Shown here piece after piece: positions 45,034 to 53,770 of a DNA stretch of 53,770 nucleotides. Under the pieces are notes generated by a model, which saw only the letters and a list, made by a program, of their open reading frames with translations, did not search any database and was not told the DNA's origin. Positions within the stretch are counted from its first letter, which is position 1. Every line of letters starts with the position of its first letter. This DNA is from a virus. Lineage: Duplodnaviria > Caudoviricetes. Location: the IMG/VR virus record IMGVR_UViG_3300031227_000061, positions 1 through 53,770 of that record. The stretch is one strand, 5' to 3'. The position numbers were made by a program, and so were the translations under genes.

Positions 45034-45999
45034 CTACGTGGTCAACGTCGTGTAGTCTATGGTGTAGCCTTTGCCACCGCACTCACGGCACTTCTCGCGC
45101 TTCGTGTACGTGCCCTCACCGGAGCAGCGCGTACAAGGCAGGGGGGTCCCGTCGCGCCGCTTCAGCGACAGTTCCCCCGTCCCGCCGCATTTATCGCATT
45201 TCGTCCCAGGCCGCGGGACCACGCCCTTCTCGCAGTGCGGGCAGTCAACGGCCTTCGCGTAGAACGGGTCCTCTATCGCTGCGAAAAATGAGCGGTGCAT
45301 TTCGTGGCACAGGTTCAGCGCAATCTGCCGGGTCGCGTACTCCGTGCCGCCGGGCATGATGCAGTGCTCCAGGCGCACAGGTCGCTTCAGGATACGCAGG
45401 TTGCGGTCGGTCCGGGGGTCGTACTGCAGGATGCCAACGTGGTCGGGCACGTCTTGCTTCTTGCAGACGCCGGGGCAGACGCAGACCCAGTTAAGGTCGG
45501 CGACGTTATCGCAGTAGCCGGAGAGGAAGTCCGACCGAGACACCTTGACCTCGATGCCGACGGTCACCAACTCGTGGTGCATGGCCCACAGGGCTTTGTG
45601 GTGCGCGTTCTGTTCGGCTTGTAGGCGCTTGTACTCCGCGGTGTCGCAATCCAACCCATACGGCCACCTGGGCGCAACGGGCCGCCGCGTCTTCGGCATA
45701 GCACGCCACAGGGACATTAGCCCGAGAACGTCAATGATGGGGCCGGTATGATGGAGACGGCAGGCCGGAGCCCTGTCTGTACCACACGGCATTCCAGCTG
45801 GATAGTCTCGTGACCACGCTGGGAAGCTGACCTCGATTCCCACCATCCACGCATGGTCCTGCAGGAGCCAGTTCCGCGATAGGTACTTCAGGTACTGGTG
45901 CTCACGGCTCTCAGACCCCGACCGCGCCGTGAGGTCAACGGCACGGGGCCGCTCGTCGTCTGCAAACATCTGTGCCTGTGCGGGCTCTACGATTGACAC
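45034..45999 (-). CDS. MmcB-like PD-(D/E)XK nuclease fused to DnaJ-type zinc finger
   Basis: ES..H..LK, IDVLG, GIEVKVSRSDF, VP..VGIL; four CxxC(xGxG) units at C-terminus; GTG 45999 after GGAGG (alternative start 46080). Confidence 0.75.
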   Translation of the reverse strand: MSIVEPAQAQMFADDERPRAVDLTARSGSESREHQYLKYLSRNWLLQDHAWMVGIEVSFPAWSRDYPAGMPCGTDRAPACRLHHTGPIIDVLGLMSLWRAMPKTRRPVAPRWPYGLDCDTAEYKRLQAEQNAHHKALWAMHHELVTVGIEVKVSRSDFLSGYCDNVADLNWVCVCPGVCKKQDVPDHVGILQYDPRTDRNLRILKRPVRLEHCIMPGGTEYATRQIALNLCHEMHRSFFAAIEDPFYAKAVDCPHCEKGVVPRPGTKCDKCGGTGELSLKRRDGTPLPCTRCSGEGTYTKREKCRECGGKGYTIDYTTLTT

Positions 46000-46076
46000 T
46001 TGCTTACCCCTCCGTCCGTCGCATACTCTCCGGCCACTCCTGGCGGAGATCGTCGCCCATGACGGGGCGTAAGTTG

Positions 46077-46397
46077 TCACTCAGCGTCGGCATTGCCGGC
46101 ATCCCCAGTCATTTCTGCGTGTGCAATCTTCTGCCGGGTCACGTCGAGTGTTCTCTGGCGACTGGCAATCAGCGCGACCAGCCGTTGTTCTTCCGCACGA
46201 TCCCACTCCAACCACTCGTCGGGCGTAGGGCAACCGGTGCCCTTATGGCCAGAGCACGGATAGTCTTTGTTCGGAAATGAGACCAGGTCGTTGGCTATAG
46301 CCCATTCGACTGCAGCCGACAGAGTTGGAAACGATGGGACCATATCGTTCTCCGTACTTAGTTCTAGGCTTCCGACTAAGGGCCTTCCAGGCGTCAC
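46077..46397 (-). CDS. Hypothetical protein
   Basis: ORF overlapping the upstream membrane gene; start uncertain. Confidence 0.4.
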   Translation of the reverse strand: MTPGRPLVGSLELSTENDMVPSFPTLSAAVEWAIANDLVSFPNKDYPCSGHKGTGCPTPDEWLEWDRAEEQRLVALIASRQRTLDVTRQKIAHAEMTGDAGNADAE

Positions 46398-46581
46398 CTA
46401 CGACGTCCCGGAGAACGTAGTTCGCCGTGAGCCACACCATCCCCGCCACCACGAAGAGCGCCCACTCCGAAGGCAGTGTAGACCCTCGAAATGTGGCAAT
46501 CAGATAGCCCCACAAGCCCCACAGAATTAGGCGCATTATGTCCAGAAACCACGGGTATTTCATGGTAGGCCTCGCTTTCAT
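46243..46581 (-). CDS. Two-TM membrane protein
   Basis: Two hydrophobic helices and a basic tail; lower-GC patch. Confidence 0.5.
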   Translation of the reverse strand: MKARPTMKYPWFLDIMRLILWGLWGYLIATFRGSTLPSEWALFVVAGMVWLTANYVLRDVVGDAWKALSRKPRTKYGERYGPIVSNSVGCSRMGYSQRPGLISEQRLSVLWP

Positions 46582-46595
46582 AGGTAGTCATAGTG

Positions 46596-46655
46596 CGGCC
46601 CGGGAGCCGCCTCTGTTCCCCCGCAAAATGGTGGAAACGGCGGTCCCCCGGGCCG
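46596..46655 (-). promoter_or_regulatory. Long intergenic hairpin with CC-AUUUUGC-GG apical motif
   Basis: CGGCCCGGG/CCCGGGCCG arms; loop motif recurs at 47860-47874. Confidence 0.55.
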
Positions 46656-46862
46656 GTGTCAAACGACAGATAGCATGTAGCGCGCGCCGCCTTGGCAGGT
46701 CAGTTGCTGTGTCGCATGCTGCAGTATCTAGCGTCCGACGCGCGCACATTGTGGATCACCTCCGGCTATGAGATGGTTGCGAACGGCAAAGTTCGGTACA
46801 CCCCCTTCGGTTTGGTGACTTGCGCCCTGTACGACACCGGCTCCCACACCGGTTGTGGCAGG

Positions 46863-47378
46863 TTAAATCGCCATCGCGAGCTGCTTCGGCTTCAGGTCCC
46901 GCTCAAACTCGTGCGGCTTATACGGCTTCTCGATGCGCTTCTCAGTAGTTTCCAGGCACAGCCGGAACTGCCGGACTTCGGCACACGACGGGCACCATAT
47001 CCGCCAGTCCACGACGGGCCCGTTGCGGAACTGCTTCCCGGCTTGTCCTGGCCTGCGATCCGGCAACGCCATCAGCGCGTCGGCCATGATGCACAGCCAC
47101 TGACTGAGCGTCGGCGTAGCGGGGCTGTCCGCCGGATGGATCAGGAACCGGGGGCTGTCTACGGCGGCCCCACAGGTCCAGCAGTGCCGGTGGACGGCGA
47201 GGCGGTACACCGTGGCCGGCCATTTGCCGGCAGACGTGGCGCGGGTCTCAAACTCCGGGCATTCCCGGCCGCACTGGAGACAGACGGCCGTGCCGCCGAT
47301 GACCCAGGCTGACCGAAAGTCTCGGCAGTGCGGGCACCACACGGATTGTCGTTTCGCGGACGGCAGCGACATACTCAA
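46863..47378 (-). CDS. Multi-zinc-ribbon protein
   Basis: CPHC, CLQC, CWTC, CPSC. Confidence 0.7.
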   Translation of the reverse strand: MSMSLPSAKRQSVWCPHCRDFRSAWVIGGTAVCLQCGRECPEFETRATSAGKWPATVYRLAVHRHCWTCGAAVDSPRFLIHPADSPATPTLSQWLCIMADALMALPDRRPGQAGKQFRNGPVVDWRIWCPSCAEVRQFRLCLETTEKRIEKPYKPHEFERDLKPKQLAMAI

Positions 47379-47752
47379 GCATCTTCCGCAGCGGTTGGCG
47401 GCTCAACGGGTGGCACGACGTACACCGATTTGAAACCAGGCGCGTCCGTCACGGTGGTCGCTTCCGCGGGCGCCGTCACTTCGACGCCGACCTCGATGGG
47501 CTTGCACGGGCCGGGGCAGGTGTGCCGTGGCTTCAGGAGCGTCCACAGCCGTTCGCACCAGCCGCCTTCAGTCAGATACGCCACCGTCGTGTCCAACGCG
47601 CCCGCAACGGCCTTCAGGTTGGCGTAGATCACGTTCTCGTCACCGCGCCGGAGCTTACCGACAACGCCCTGGCCGACGCCGGCCTTCGCCGCGAGTGCTG
47701 CGATGGTCAGTCTCTTCCGCTTCATCATCTGCTTAATGCGTTGTCCCATCAT
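47375..47752 (-). CDS. XRE/Cro-family HTH regulator
   Basis: GQRIKQMMKRKRLTIAALAAKAGVGQGVVGKLRRG...L.AVA.AL......L. Confidence 0.88.
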   Translation of the reverse strand: MMGQRIKQMMKRKRLTIAALAAKAGVGQGVVGKLRRGDENVIYANLKAVAGALDTTVAYLTEGGWCERLWTLLKPRHTCPGPCKPIEVGVEVTAPAEATTVTDAPGFKSVYVVPPVEPPTAAEDA

Positions 47753-47781
47753 CGAGCGTCAGCTCCTGCCGTTCGCTTTAT

Positions 47782-47887
47782 GCAGGGGCGGGAGGGCCTC
47801 GAATGCCGGGAACCCGCTGGGTGCGTATAACGATGCAGTCTGCCACCGCCCGGCGACCATCCCCCGCGAAATGGGGACCGCCCCTGC
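47782..47887 (-). promoter_or_regulatory. Structured intergenic element closed by a 10-bp perfect inverted repeat
   Basis: GCAGGGGCGG (47782-47791) pairs with CCGCCCCTGC (47878-47887); inner UCCCC-AUUUCGC-GGGGGA hairpin. Confidence 0.55.
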
Positions 47888-47893
47888 TCTGTG

Positions 47894-49114
47894 CTACACC
47901 ACTCTCTGCGGCTCTGCCGCCGGTTCCGGCTCCGGCTCTGCGGCCTGGCCCGCGGCTTCAGCCCGGCCCACCAGAACGTCATCCGTCACCGTCACCAGGG
48001 CCATGATCTGCGCGTTGGTGGCGTTGTCGAGGTCGTCGATGATGCTGTTGCACTGCGAGCTTGCCGCCACGAGAATCGCCGCCTGCTCTTCCTCCGTCAG
48101 GCCCTCGCTTACCCACTTGGCTTTCAACTGCGCGACCGCCGGGTTGATGCTCTCGAAGTCGGCTTCTTCAACGTCGTCGGCGGGGGCGCCACCCGGTTCG
48201 GGCACGCCATGGTCCTTGTACTGCTTGCGGACCCAACGCCGCAGGGCGTCCTCGTCGGATGCCCTCGCATCTTCCGTCTTTTTGATGCCGAGTTCGCACG
48301 TTTTCCAGGACGCGAAGTCCGCCATGATGGGCGCGGCGACATCGGCCAGCTTCGGTTGCCGACCGCTGCCGACGCATTGGTCGTATATTTTACGGACATC
48401 GCCGAACAACTGCTCGGCACCACCGCCGAGAGCGCGCAGCAGCCGCTGGTGCAGTTCGCGTGCGAGAGCGCTCAGTTGGTCCTGTATCTCCTCGACATTG
48501 TCAGGATCAAGCCGTGGCTCCTGTGCAAACGGACTGGGGACAGGCTCGCCGTCTTGGTGAGTGACGCGAGGCGCGGCCTCGTCCTGTTCGGCGTCTTGCT
48601 TCTCGTCCTCGGTCATGTAGTCATAGCCGCCGATGATATCCGGGCAGGAGTCATTGAGTGCATTGCCCGTTGCCCGCGCGTAGAGCATTCGGCCGGGGTT
48701 CTTTATCCAGTTCGAGTCACCCTTCACGAGACCGGCTGTCTTTGCCATCTCCAGTGTGTAGGTGTGCGTGTAAGGGTGTTCCGGTCGATCTGGCCGGGTA
48801 ACGCACACCGTGCAGTGCTCCGGCCCTTCGTCAACTGTCTCAATCCGCACGCCAGCCCGGAGACACAGCGCCCGGCGGACCTTGGCGCTCGGGGAGATGT
48901 GGCCCTGGATGATCCATATTTCGTTGATCGCTTGCATTGGCGGGACACGCAATTCGTGGCCCGTCAGCATGACCGCTATGACGTCTGCCTCGGACATTTC
49001 GCGCAGGCTTGCTATCGCCTTCGAACCCGCCACGGCCGCCGCGGCCTTGGTGATGGAACGCAACTCCGAGTCGGTGGGCGGCCCTTGGAATACTCGCTCA
49101 ATCTGTGTACTCAT
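47894..49114 (-). CDS. RecT-like single-strand annealing protein
   Basis: G.EL...PMQA...I..I.G, T...AK.AGL....NW.K.P..ML.ARA......CPD..GG. Confidence 0.85.
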   Translation of the reverse strand: MSTQIERVFQGPPTDSELRSITKAAAAVAGSKAIASLREMSEADVIAVMLTGHELRVPPMQAINEIWIIQGHISPSAKVRRALCLRAGVRIETVDEGPEHCTVCVTRPDRPEHPYTHTYTLEMAKTAGLVKGDSNWIKNPGRMLYARATGNALNDSCPDIIGGYDYMTEDEKQDAEQDEAAPRVTHQDGEPVPSPFAQEPRLDPDNVEEIQDQLSALARELHQRLLRALGGGAEQLFGDVRKIYDQCVGSGRQPKLADVAAPIMADFASWKTCELGIKKTEDARASDEDALRRWVRKQYKDHGVPEPGGAPADDVEEADFESINPAVAQLKAKWVSEGLTEEEQAAILVAASSQCNSIIDDLDNATNAQIMALVTVTDDVLVGRAEAAGQAAEPEPEPAAEPQRVV

Positions 49115-49155
49115 CTGCGTCTCAAACCCCCTTTTAGGTGGTGTGTGCTCTGCTG

Positions 49156-49953
49156 CTACTTCGTTCCTGTGTCCGCGTCAACGATGATGATGACTTCCTC
49201 CGGCACCGGCTCGATGTACATGGCCGGGGTCGGCTGTGCGCCGTCGGAAAGCGCGATCTCCATCGGCACCAACTGGCCGCTCTTCTCGTCATTGAAGAAC
49301 GGCTTGCCGCCCTCCCAAACCACGTCCGCCTTCAGCGGCTTCTTCTGGATGCGCGGCTTGTTGTCCAGGTACTTCTCCTGCGCCGCGAAGTCCCCGGCGA
49401 AGTGCTCCTGCGCCCATGCCAGGGCAGCCACGTCGTGCCAGAGCTTTCGTTCGGTGGCCTCCTTCAACTGCACGCTACCGGGGCCGACGGGGAACCTCTT
49501 CTTCTTCCCGATGGCGTCCGCGATCTGGTCGCCGAAGTCCTGGTACAGCCACGAGACACACATCCGGATCCACTTCAGCGGCTGTGTATGCGCCTTGATG
49601 GCCTGCTCCTCACGTTCCTTCAGGCGTGCAGCCTCCGCCTCGAACGGCTCACGGAGCGCGGCGTAGTGCTCCCGGATGCGCGCGACGTCTTTCTGCCGTG
49701 CCTGCCAGCGGCCCAGGTAGAAGGCGACCTTATTCACGGCCGCCGAGAAGACGCCGTTGACGTCGGGCTGCCGCCAGAGCCATGACTTCCCCGTCTCGGG
49801 ATCCGGCTCGATGTTCTCCGGAGGCCCGTCCGGCAGTTCCGGTGATGCGTCCCAATAGGGGCCGTCCTCGGGGGCCGCCCACAAGGGCGCCGCCGACTGC
49901 TGCTCTTCTTCGTCCACGAGTTCGAGAGGTTGCGGCTTCGTCTCAACTGCCAT
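49156..49953 (-). CDS. Mu Gam-like DNA end-binding / host-nuclease inhibitor
   Basis: Coiled coil followed by KK.F....G.V.L and I.K..LK; between SSAP and ATPase. Confidence 0.65.
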   Translation of the reverse strand: MAVETKPQPLELVDEEEQQSAAPLWAAPEDGPYWDASPELPDGPPENIEPDPETGKSWLWRQPDVNGVFSAAVNKVAFYLGRWQARQKDVARIREHYAALREPFEAEAARLKEREEQAIKAHTQPLKWIRMCVSWLYQDFGDQIADAIGKKKRFPVGPGSVQLKEATERKLWHDVAALAWAQEHFAGDFAAQEKYLDNKPRIQKKPLKADVVWEGGKPFFNDEKSGQLVPMEIALSDGAQPTPAMYIEPVPEEVIIIVDADTGTK

Positions 49954-49986
49954 TGTCGGTCTCTCCTATCTGTTGGGGTGTGTGCC

Positions 49987-51405
49987 TTACGCCTCCACAG
50001 CCGCTTCTTCCGGCGCCGCGTCCCCGAGGAACATCCCCGGCCCGCCGGTCGTGACCGTCAGCTCCGGTTCGTCCGTGACTTTCGTGACCCAGAACTGCAC
50101 GTCGGGGTAGCCCGCCATGATCTGCAGCATTTCTGACCACCGCGCCGGATCGAGCTTCTCCGCTCCGTCGATACAGACGAGCTTCAGTTCCCCGGCCAGG
50201 GCGCACGCGATCCGCACGCCCAACTCCAGCTTCTCGGACTCCGACAGGCGCTCGATGGGCACACCGTTGAGCGTCGCGCCGTCGGACGTCAGGGCGAGGC
50301 CCTCGAAGGGGACGTCAGCCGCGGCGAGGAGCTTCTCCGGCAGCGCGCGGGCGGCCTCAAGCTGTGCGGCGAGGGCGTCGGCATCGGCCTGCGCTTCGGC
50401 GGCGAGTACATCTGCCGCGCTGGCGTCATCGAGCTTCGCGATGGTGGCCTGGTTGGTCGTGTACTTGGCGAGATGCTCTTCGGCGTCGGTGACGTCGGGG
50501 ACGGTGCAGGCAACAAGCGTTGTACGTGCTTTCTCAATCTGCGCCGCAATATCAGATCGCGATGCTTGGAGTTCGGCGATCTTCACGTCAAGCGCAGCAA
50601 TGCGACTGACGGCCTCCGCCAACGTCGCCTGGGCGTGTCTCTTTCGCTCTGCCACCTCCCCCGCGTCTTTGATCTCCTGCTGCAGCGCGCTTACATCTGC
50701 CGCCCGCGCCGCCGCTTCGTCGAAGCCATCCGGCGGGGTCACGGCCATCGCAGCCGCCCGGTCCTTCCGCTCTTTGAGCACGGTGTTCGCGGCTTTCCGG
50801 CGGTCGTAGATCAGGTCGATGGTGTCCGACACCACCTGCAGGCCGTGCTGCTTGAAGTCGATGCCGAGCCACTGCTCCTCGTCGGCTTCAGCGGCCTCGG
50901 CTTCAGCGCCATCTTCGGCATTCTCTTCGGCACGCTGAGACGCGAACCACTCGATGAGTTCCTCGCGGGTGACTTCGATAGGCATGAGCCCCATGAGCAG
51001 CTCACGCTGCTTCGCCGCCGGCAGGTCGCTGAAGTCCAGGGGCCGGAAGCGCATCGGGTCGCCGTAGAGGCCCGCGAGGTACGCCTGCGGCTTGCTGATG
51101 ATGGCCTCGGTGTCGGCGTCCACGCGCTTCGTGACCCTCGCGACAGAACCCGACGCTTCGGTGATGGTCCGGCGAACCGTCACGTCGTCATCGAGCTTGA
51201 CGAGGATTTCGGCGCCCTCCTCGCCGTTGTGGATCAGGTCCGGGCACTTCCCACCCGACGTGAACGCCGCGATGATGGCCTCCGGCACCGACGTCTTCCC
51301 CTGCCGGTTCGAGCCGGAGACGACGGTCACTTGCTGCAGGTCGGTAAGCTCCAGGTGCTTGATGCCGAGGACGTTCGTAATCTCCAGTTGCACGATGCGT
51401 GGCAT
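49987..51405 (-). CDS. Rad50/SbcC-like coiled-coil ABC ATPase
   Basis: I..LEI.N..GIK, Walker A GSNRQGKTS, coiled coil, signature LSESE, Walker B VCIDGAEKLD. Confidence 0.88.
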   Translation of the reverse strand: MPRIVQLEITNVLGIKHLELTDLQQVTVVSGSNRQGKTSVPEAIIAAFTSGGKCPDLIHNGEEGAEILVKLDDDVTVRRTITEASGSVARVTKRVDADTEAIISKPQAYLAGLYGDPMRFRPLDFSDLPAAKQRELLMGLMPIEVTREELIEWFASQRAEENAEDGAEAEAAEADEEQWLGIDFKQHGLQVVSDTIDLIYDRRKAANTVLKERKDRAAAMAVTPPDGFDEAAARAADVSALQQEIKDAGEVAERKRHAQATLAEAVSRIAALDVKIAELQASRSDIAAQIEKARTTLVACTVPDVTDAEEHLAKYTTNQATIAKLDDASAADVLAAEAQADADALAAQLEAARALPEKLLAAADVPFEGLALTSDGATLNGVPIERLSESEKLELGVRIACALAGELKLVCIDGAEKLDPARWSEMLQIMAGYPDVQFWVTKVTDEPELTVTTGGPGMFLGDAAPEEAAVEA

Positions 51406-51408
51406 TGG

Positions 51409-52740
51409 TCACTCCCCGCCTTTCTTCGCGTCCTGCACTCTCCGTGCGTCCTCGTGCCCAGCGTCGTCCAGCTTCGTGCGGTCGGCGGTTTCCGGCTCGA
51501 ACGCTGCCAGCATCTGCTCCACCTGACCCATGGACTCCCTGATGTATCGCTCTTGAGGGTTCATATTCCGCAGTTCCAAGTAGGCCGATTCCTGACAGCG
51601 CCGCCATGATACATCGCGTATGTCCTTCGGCTTCAGTTCGAGTGGCTTGCCGCTTGGCGTGGTGAACACGCACACGCACTTCGGTTCATCCCACCCGGCC
51701 AGCGCGCAGAGGGACAGGGCCTGCGATGGGGTCAGGTCGGCCCACACATCACGAGGTCCGCTTGTTGCATCTCCAATGATGCCAGTACACACTACGCCAT
51801 CTCGCCAGTGACATTCGATGCGCTCGATGCCGGACCACATTGCGTGCTTGGTCTCCACGCGAACGGACGGCAGGTCAATGCCCGCCAGGGCGGCGAGGGC
51901 GCGGAGGTCGGCGAGGGGGGTGGCAACTATCAGGTCGCAGCGACCTATATCCTGCACCCCAGTAAGCTGCAGATAGCCAGTACCACCTATGAGCACTGCT
52001 TTGATAGCATCTACCTCGGACCAGTGCGACACCTCGCCATTGGGGCCATCCACCACAATCTCCCGCTTCTCCTCCGCCGGGCAGGGGACGCCGTTCTCTG
52101 CGGCGAGGCGGCGGATGGCGGCGGGGTCCTCCATCGCCCACCCGCTCATTCTGCGACCATCAGGCATGTAGTGGACAGTTATCTCGGACTGACTGCCGTG
52201 TTCATCGGTGCCGGGGCAGAGCGAGACAATCTCACATACGTCCAACTCCGCGCCATTGTAGCCAGTGAGTGTGAAGCTCGGCGGGTCGCAGCAGGGGACG
52301 CCCGCAGCGATGGCGGCCTGGTAGATGGAGAATGGGATGCCATTGACGCCGGCACTCGCCATCGGTGGCAGCAGCATGTTCACGCAGTCTCCAGTGATGC
52401 AGCTATTGCCAGGACTGTCTGGGTGTCCGTGCAGCACATCAATGCGCGTCATGCGGAGGATGCCGATTTCTGGGTTAAGCGACTCCAACTCCACCACCGG
52501 CGGCTCCGGCTCCTCGGCGGGGACGCATGGCACGTCGTGCTGCTCGCAGAGCCTGCGTACTTCTTCGGGCGTCTCCTCAACCGTGCATGCCGCGATTCTC
52601 AGCTGGCCGTATTTGTTCGTGCCCCACACAAGCGCCCCGCTCGGATTGCCATTCTGCAGCTTGGTCACGCTGGATAACACTGCCCTGCCTGACGACCTAC
52701 CTCGCAATTCAACAGCTACGCCTTGCATCTCCATTGCCAC
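51409..52740 (-). CDS. Protein of about six tandem FlbD/SwrD-like repeats
   Basis: Recurring E(T/D/S)P..(V/I)RRL...GVPC ends; SD AGGAGG before GTG 52740 / ATG 52734. Confidence 0.65.
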   Translation of the reverse strand: MAMEMQGVAVELRGRSSGRAVLSSVTKLQNGNPSGALVWGTNKYGQLRIAACTVEETPEEVRRLCEQHDVPCVPAEEPEPPVVELESLNPEIGILRMTRIDVLHGHPDSPGNSCITGDCVNMLLPPMASAGVNGIPFSIYQAAIAAGVPCCDPPSFTLTGYNGAELDVCEIVSLCPGTDEHGSQSEITVHYMPDGRRMSGWAMEDPAAIRRLAAENGVPCPAEEKREIVVDGPNGEVSHWSEVDAIKAVLIGGTGYLQLTGVQDIGRCDLIVATPLADLRALAALAGIDLPSVRVETKHAMWSGIERIECHWRDGVVCTGIIGDATSGPRDVWADLTPSQALSLCALAGWDEPKCVCVFTTPSGKPLELKPKDIRDVSWRRCQESAYLELRNMNPQERYIRESMGQVEQMLAAFEPETADRTKLDDAGHEDARRVQDAKKGGE

Positions 52741-52766
52741 GCCTCCTATAGGTTCGCCCAATGCTC

Positions 52767-53672
52767 TCAGCACGTCACCGCCGCAGTCTCCGCCGTCTGT
52801 GCTATCTGCAGCTTCGCGGGCGCCAGTCGTGACGCCAGTTCATCCCGCGCCCACTCCACGGTAATCCCACGCCCGGGACAGTAGCGATTGCGCGGCTTGT
52901 AGGCCGCCTGGTAGTGCAAAAAGAGCCGGTCCGCCGGGAGCCCGAAGTGCGTGTGGACGCCGGCCAAGACACGGAACGCCACATCCAGCGACAACGGCAG
53001 CGGGTGCGCCGGCTCTTCGTCGAAGCGCCCGACGGCCGCCACGCTCACGGCGTGCTTGTTCAGCCACTCGCGGTCGGGGTACGCAAGCTGCCGCAGGTCC
53101 GGCGGGACGTGCTGCTGCGCGTCCGCAGGAACGTGACCCCATTCTTTCGCGATGTGCGAACCGCCGTAGGAGTCGTAGGGCCAGTTCAGCGGCCTGCCGT
53201 TGTAGGCCAACCCATCCGGCCCGCAGACGGCGTTGCCGTGGATGTCGGACGAGCCGTGGATCTCGATGTCCCGTCGCCGGTAGTAATCGACTGTCATCAC
53301 GCCATCCCACCATTCGTCACCATCCGCCAGGGGCTCACGGTTGTGCAGCACCGTTGCATGGATGGGCAGCGTGGGCCGTTCGGCCAGCATGAACGGAAGG
53401 AAGTTGCCGACGTACCTGGGGACGATCACGATTCTTCCGCAGGCGTAATCCGGGCGCGGCTTCACGTACTCTGGCGTCGGCGTGCGGCCGAGGATCCGGT
53501 TGATGAGACTGGCTAGTCTTCCTTGGGCCACGATTTCCCTCCGAATACGGCTTGCTTGAACGGCGTCTTTGGCGAGCGGTCGATCCACTTCTGCGCGCAA
53601 TTCTCGGAGCAGACGGGATACCCGACCCTTGCGCCGCCGTCCAGAGCGTCCCGTTCCATCGCTGCTCGACAA
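52767..53672 (-). CDS. N-acetylmuramoyl-L-alanine amidase (Amidase_2/T7-lysozyme-like; probable endolysin)
   Basis: VLH, Y.GRPL, G.H, N...VSV...G.F, FLH, YCPG (His-His-Cys Zn ligands); start uncertain. Confidence 0.8.
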   Translation of the reverse strand: MSSSDGTGRSGRRRKGRVSRLLRELRAEVDRPLAKDAVQASRIRREIVAQGRLASLINRILGRTPTPEYVKPRPDYACGRIVIVPRYVGNFLPFMLAERPTLPIHATVLHNREPLADGDEWWDGVMTVDYYRRRDIEIHGSSDIHGNAVCGPDGLAYNGRPLNWPYDSYGGSHIAKEWGHVPADAQQHVPPDLRQLAYPDREWLNKHAVSVAAVGRFDEEPAHPLPLSLDVAFRVLAGVHTHFGLPADRLFLHYQAAYKPRNRYCPGRGITVEWARDELASRLAPAKLQIAQTAETAAVTC

Positions 53673-53770
53673 CGATCAGGCCGTTCTCAAACCGCGCAGG
53701 GCAGGCGTTGCGCGGAGACGTCTTCATGCGGTCGTCCCGCCAGGGGTGAATGGTGCAGATCACCCGGTGC

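Larger units (their letters stand above)
1..53770 (-). mobile_element. Tailed dsDNA phage/prophage genome segment (ends not in window)
   Basis: Co-oriented terminase, portal, protease, capsid, neck, tail tube, tape measure, replication and recombination genes; no host housekeeping genes seen. Confidence 0.97.

Noticed and set aside
47782-47887. Possible tRNA
   Set aside because: No convincing T-arm (GTTCRA) in a cloverleaf and no proper anticodon arm; kept only as a structured element
1-53770. Long plus-strand ORFs (e.g. 9041-10768, 21189-22721, 47891-49666)
   Set aside because: Antisense shadows of well-supported minus-strand genes in GC-rich DNA; no recognisable motifs
53335-53770. Minus-strand ORF entering from the window edge and overlapping the amidase
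   Set aside because: Truncated, and its 3' part overlaps the amidase frame by over 300 bp; cannot decide whether it is real
1-53770. Diversity-generating retroelement, retron, intron or intein
   Set aside because: No reverse transcriptase motifs, TR/VR pair, or intein/homing-endonuclease signatures recognised by eye

Overview
The window is about 54 kb of a GC-rich tailed dsDNA phage or prophage, and essentially all credible genes lie on the minus strand. Reading right to left, it holds an amidase, a recombination module (Rad50/SbcC-like ATPase, Gam-like protein, RecT-like protein), and a replication initiator with internal iterons. Many small early genes, RusA, and two adjacent half-sigma-like regulators follow. 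Then come the terminase (GpA type), portal and MuF-like genes, and a SPO1/phage K-like head module (protease, scaffold, major capsid, neck). Last is an apparently non-contractile tail (tube, chaperones, tape measure). No integrase, tRNA, CRISPR array or reverse transcriptase was seen. Four features stand out. (1) Unrelated enzymes encoded among the head and neck genes (topoisomerase IB, a 2H-phosphoesterase/GNAT multidomain protein, an unknown protein) share a peptide tag next to K-[S/A/G] sites resembling the capsid maturation site, and a giant SNF2 helicase has related N-terminal sites; this suggests a capsid-loaded, protease-released cargo system. (2) An 11-bp motif sits exactly 19 bp upstream of a TANNNT hexamer in front of three accessory cassettes inserted in the structural operon. 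(3) A candidate two-subunit sigma factor may read that motif. (4) There are several repeated RNA and DNA elements. All protein calls come from motif recognition by eye; no database search was run.
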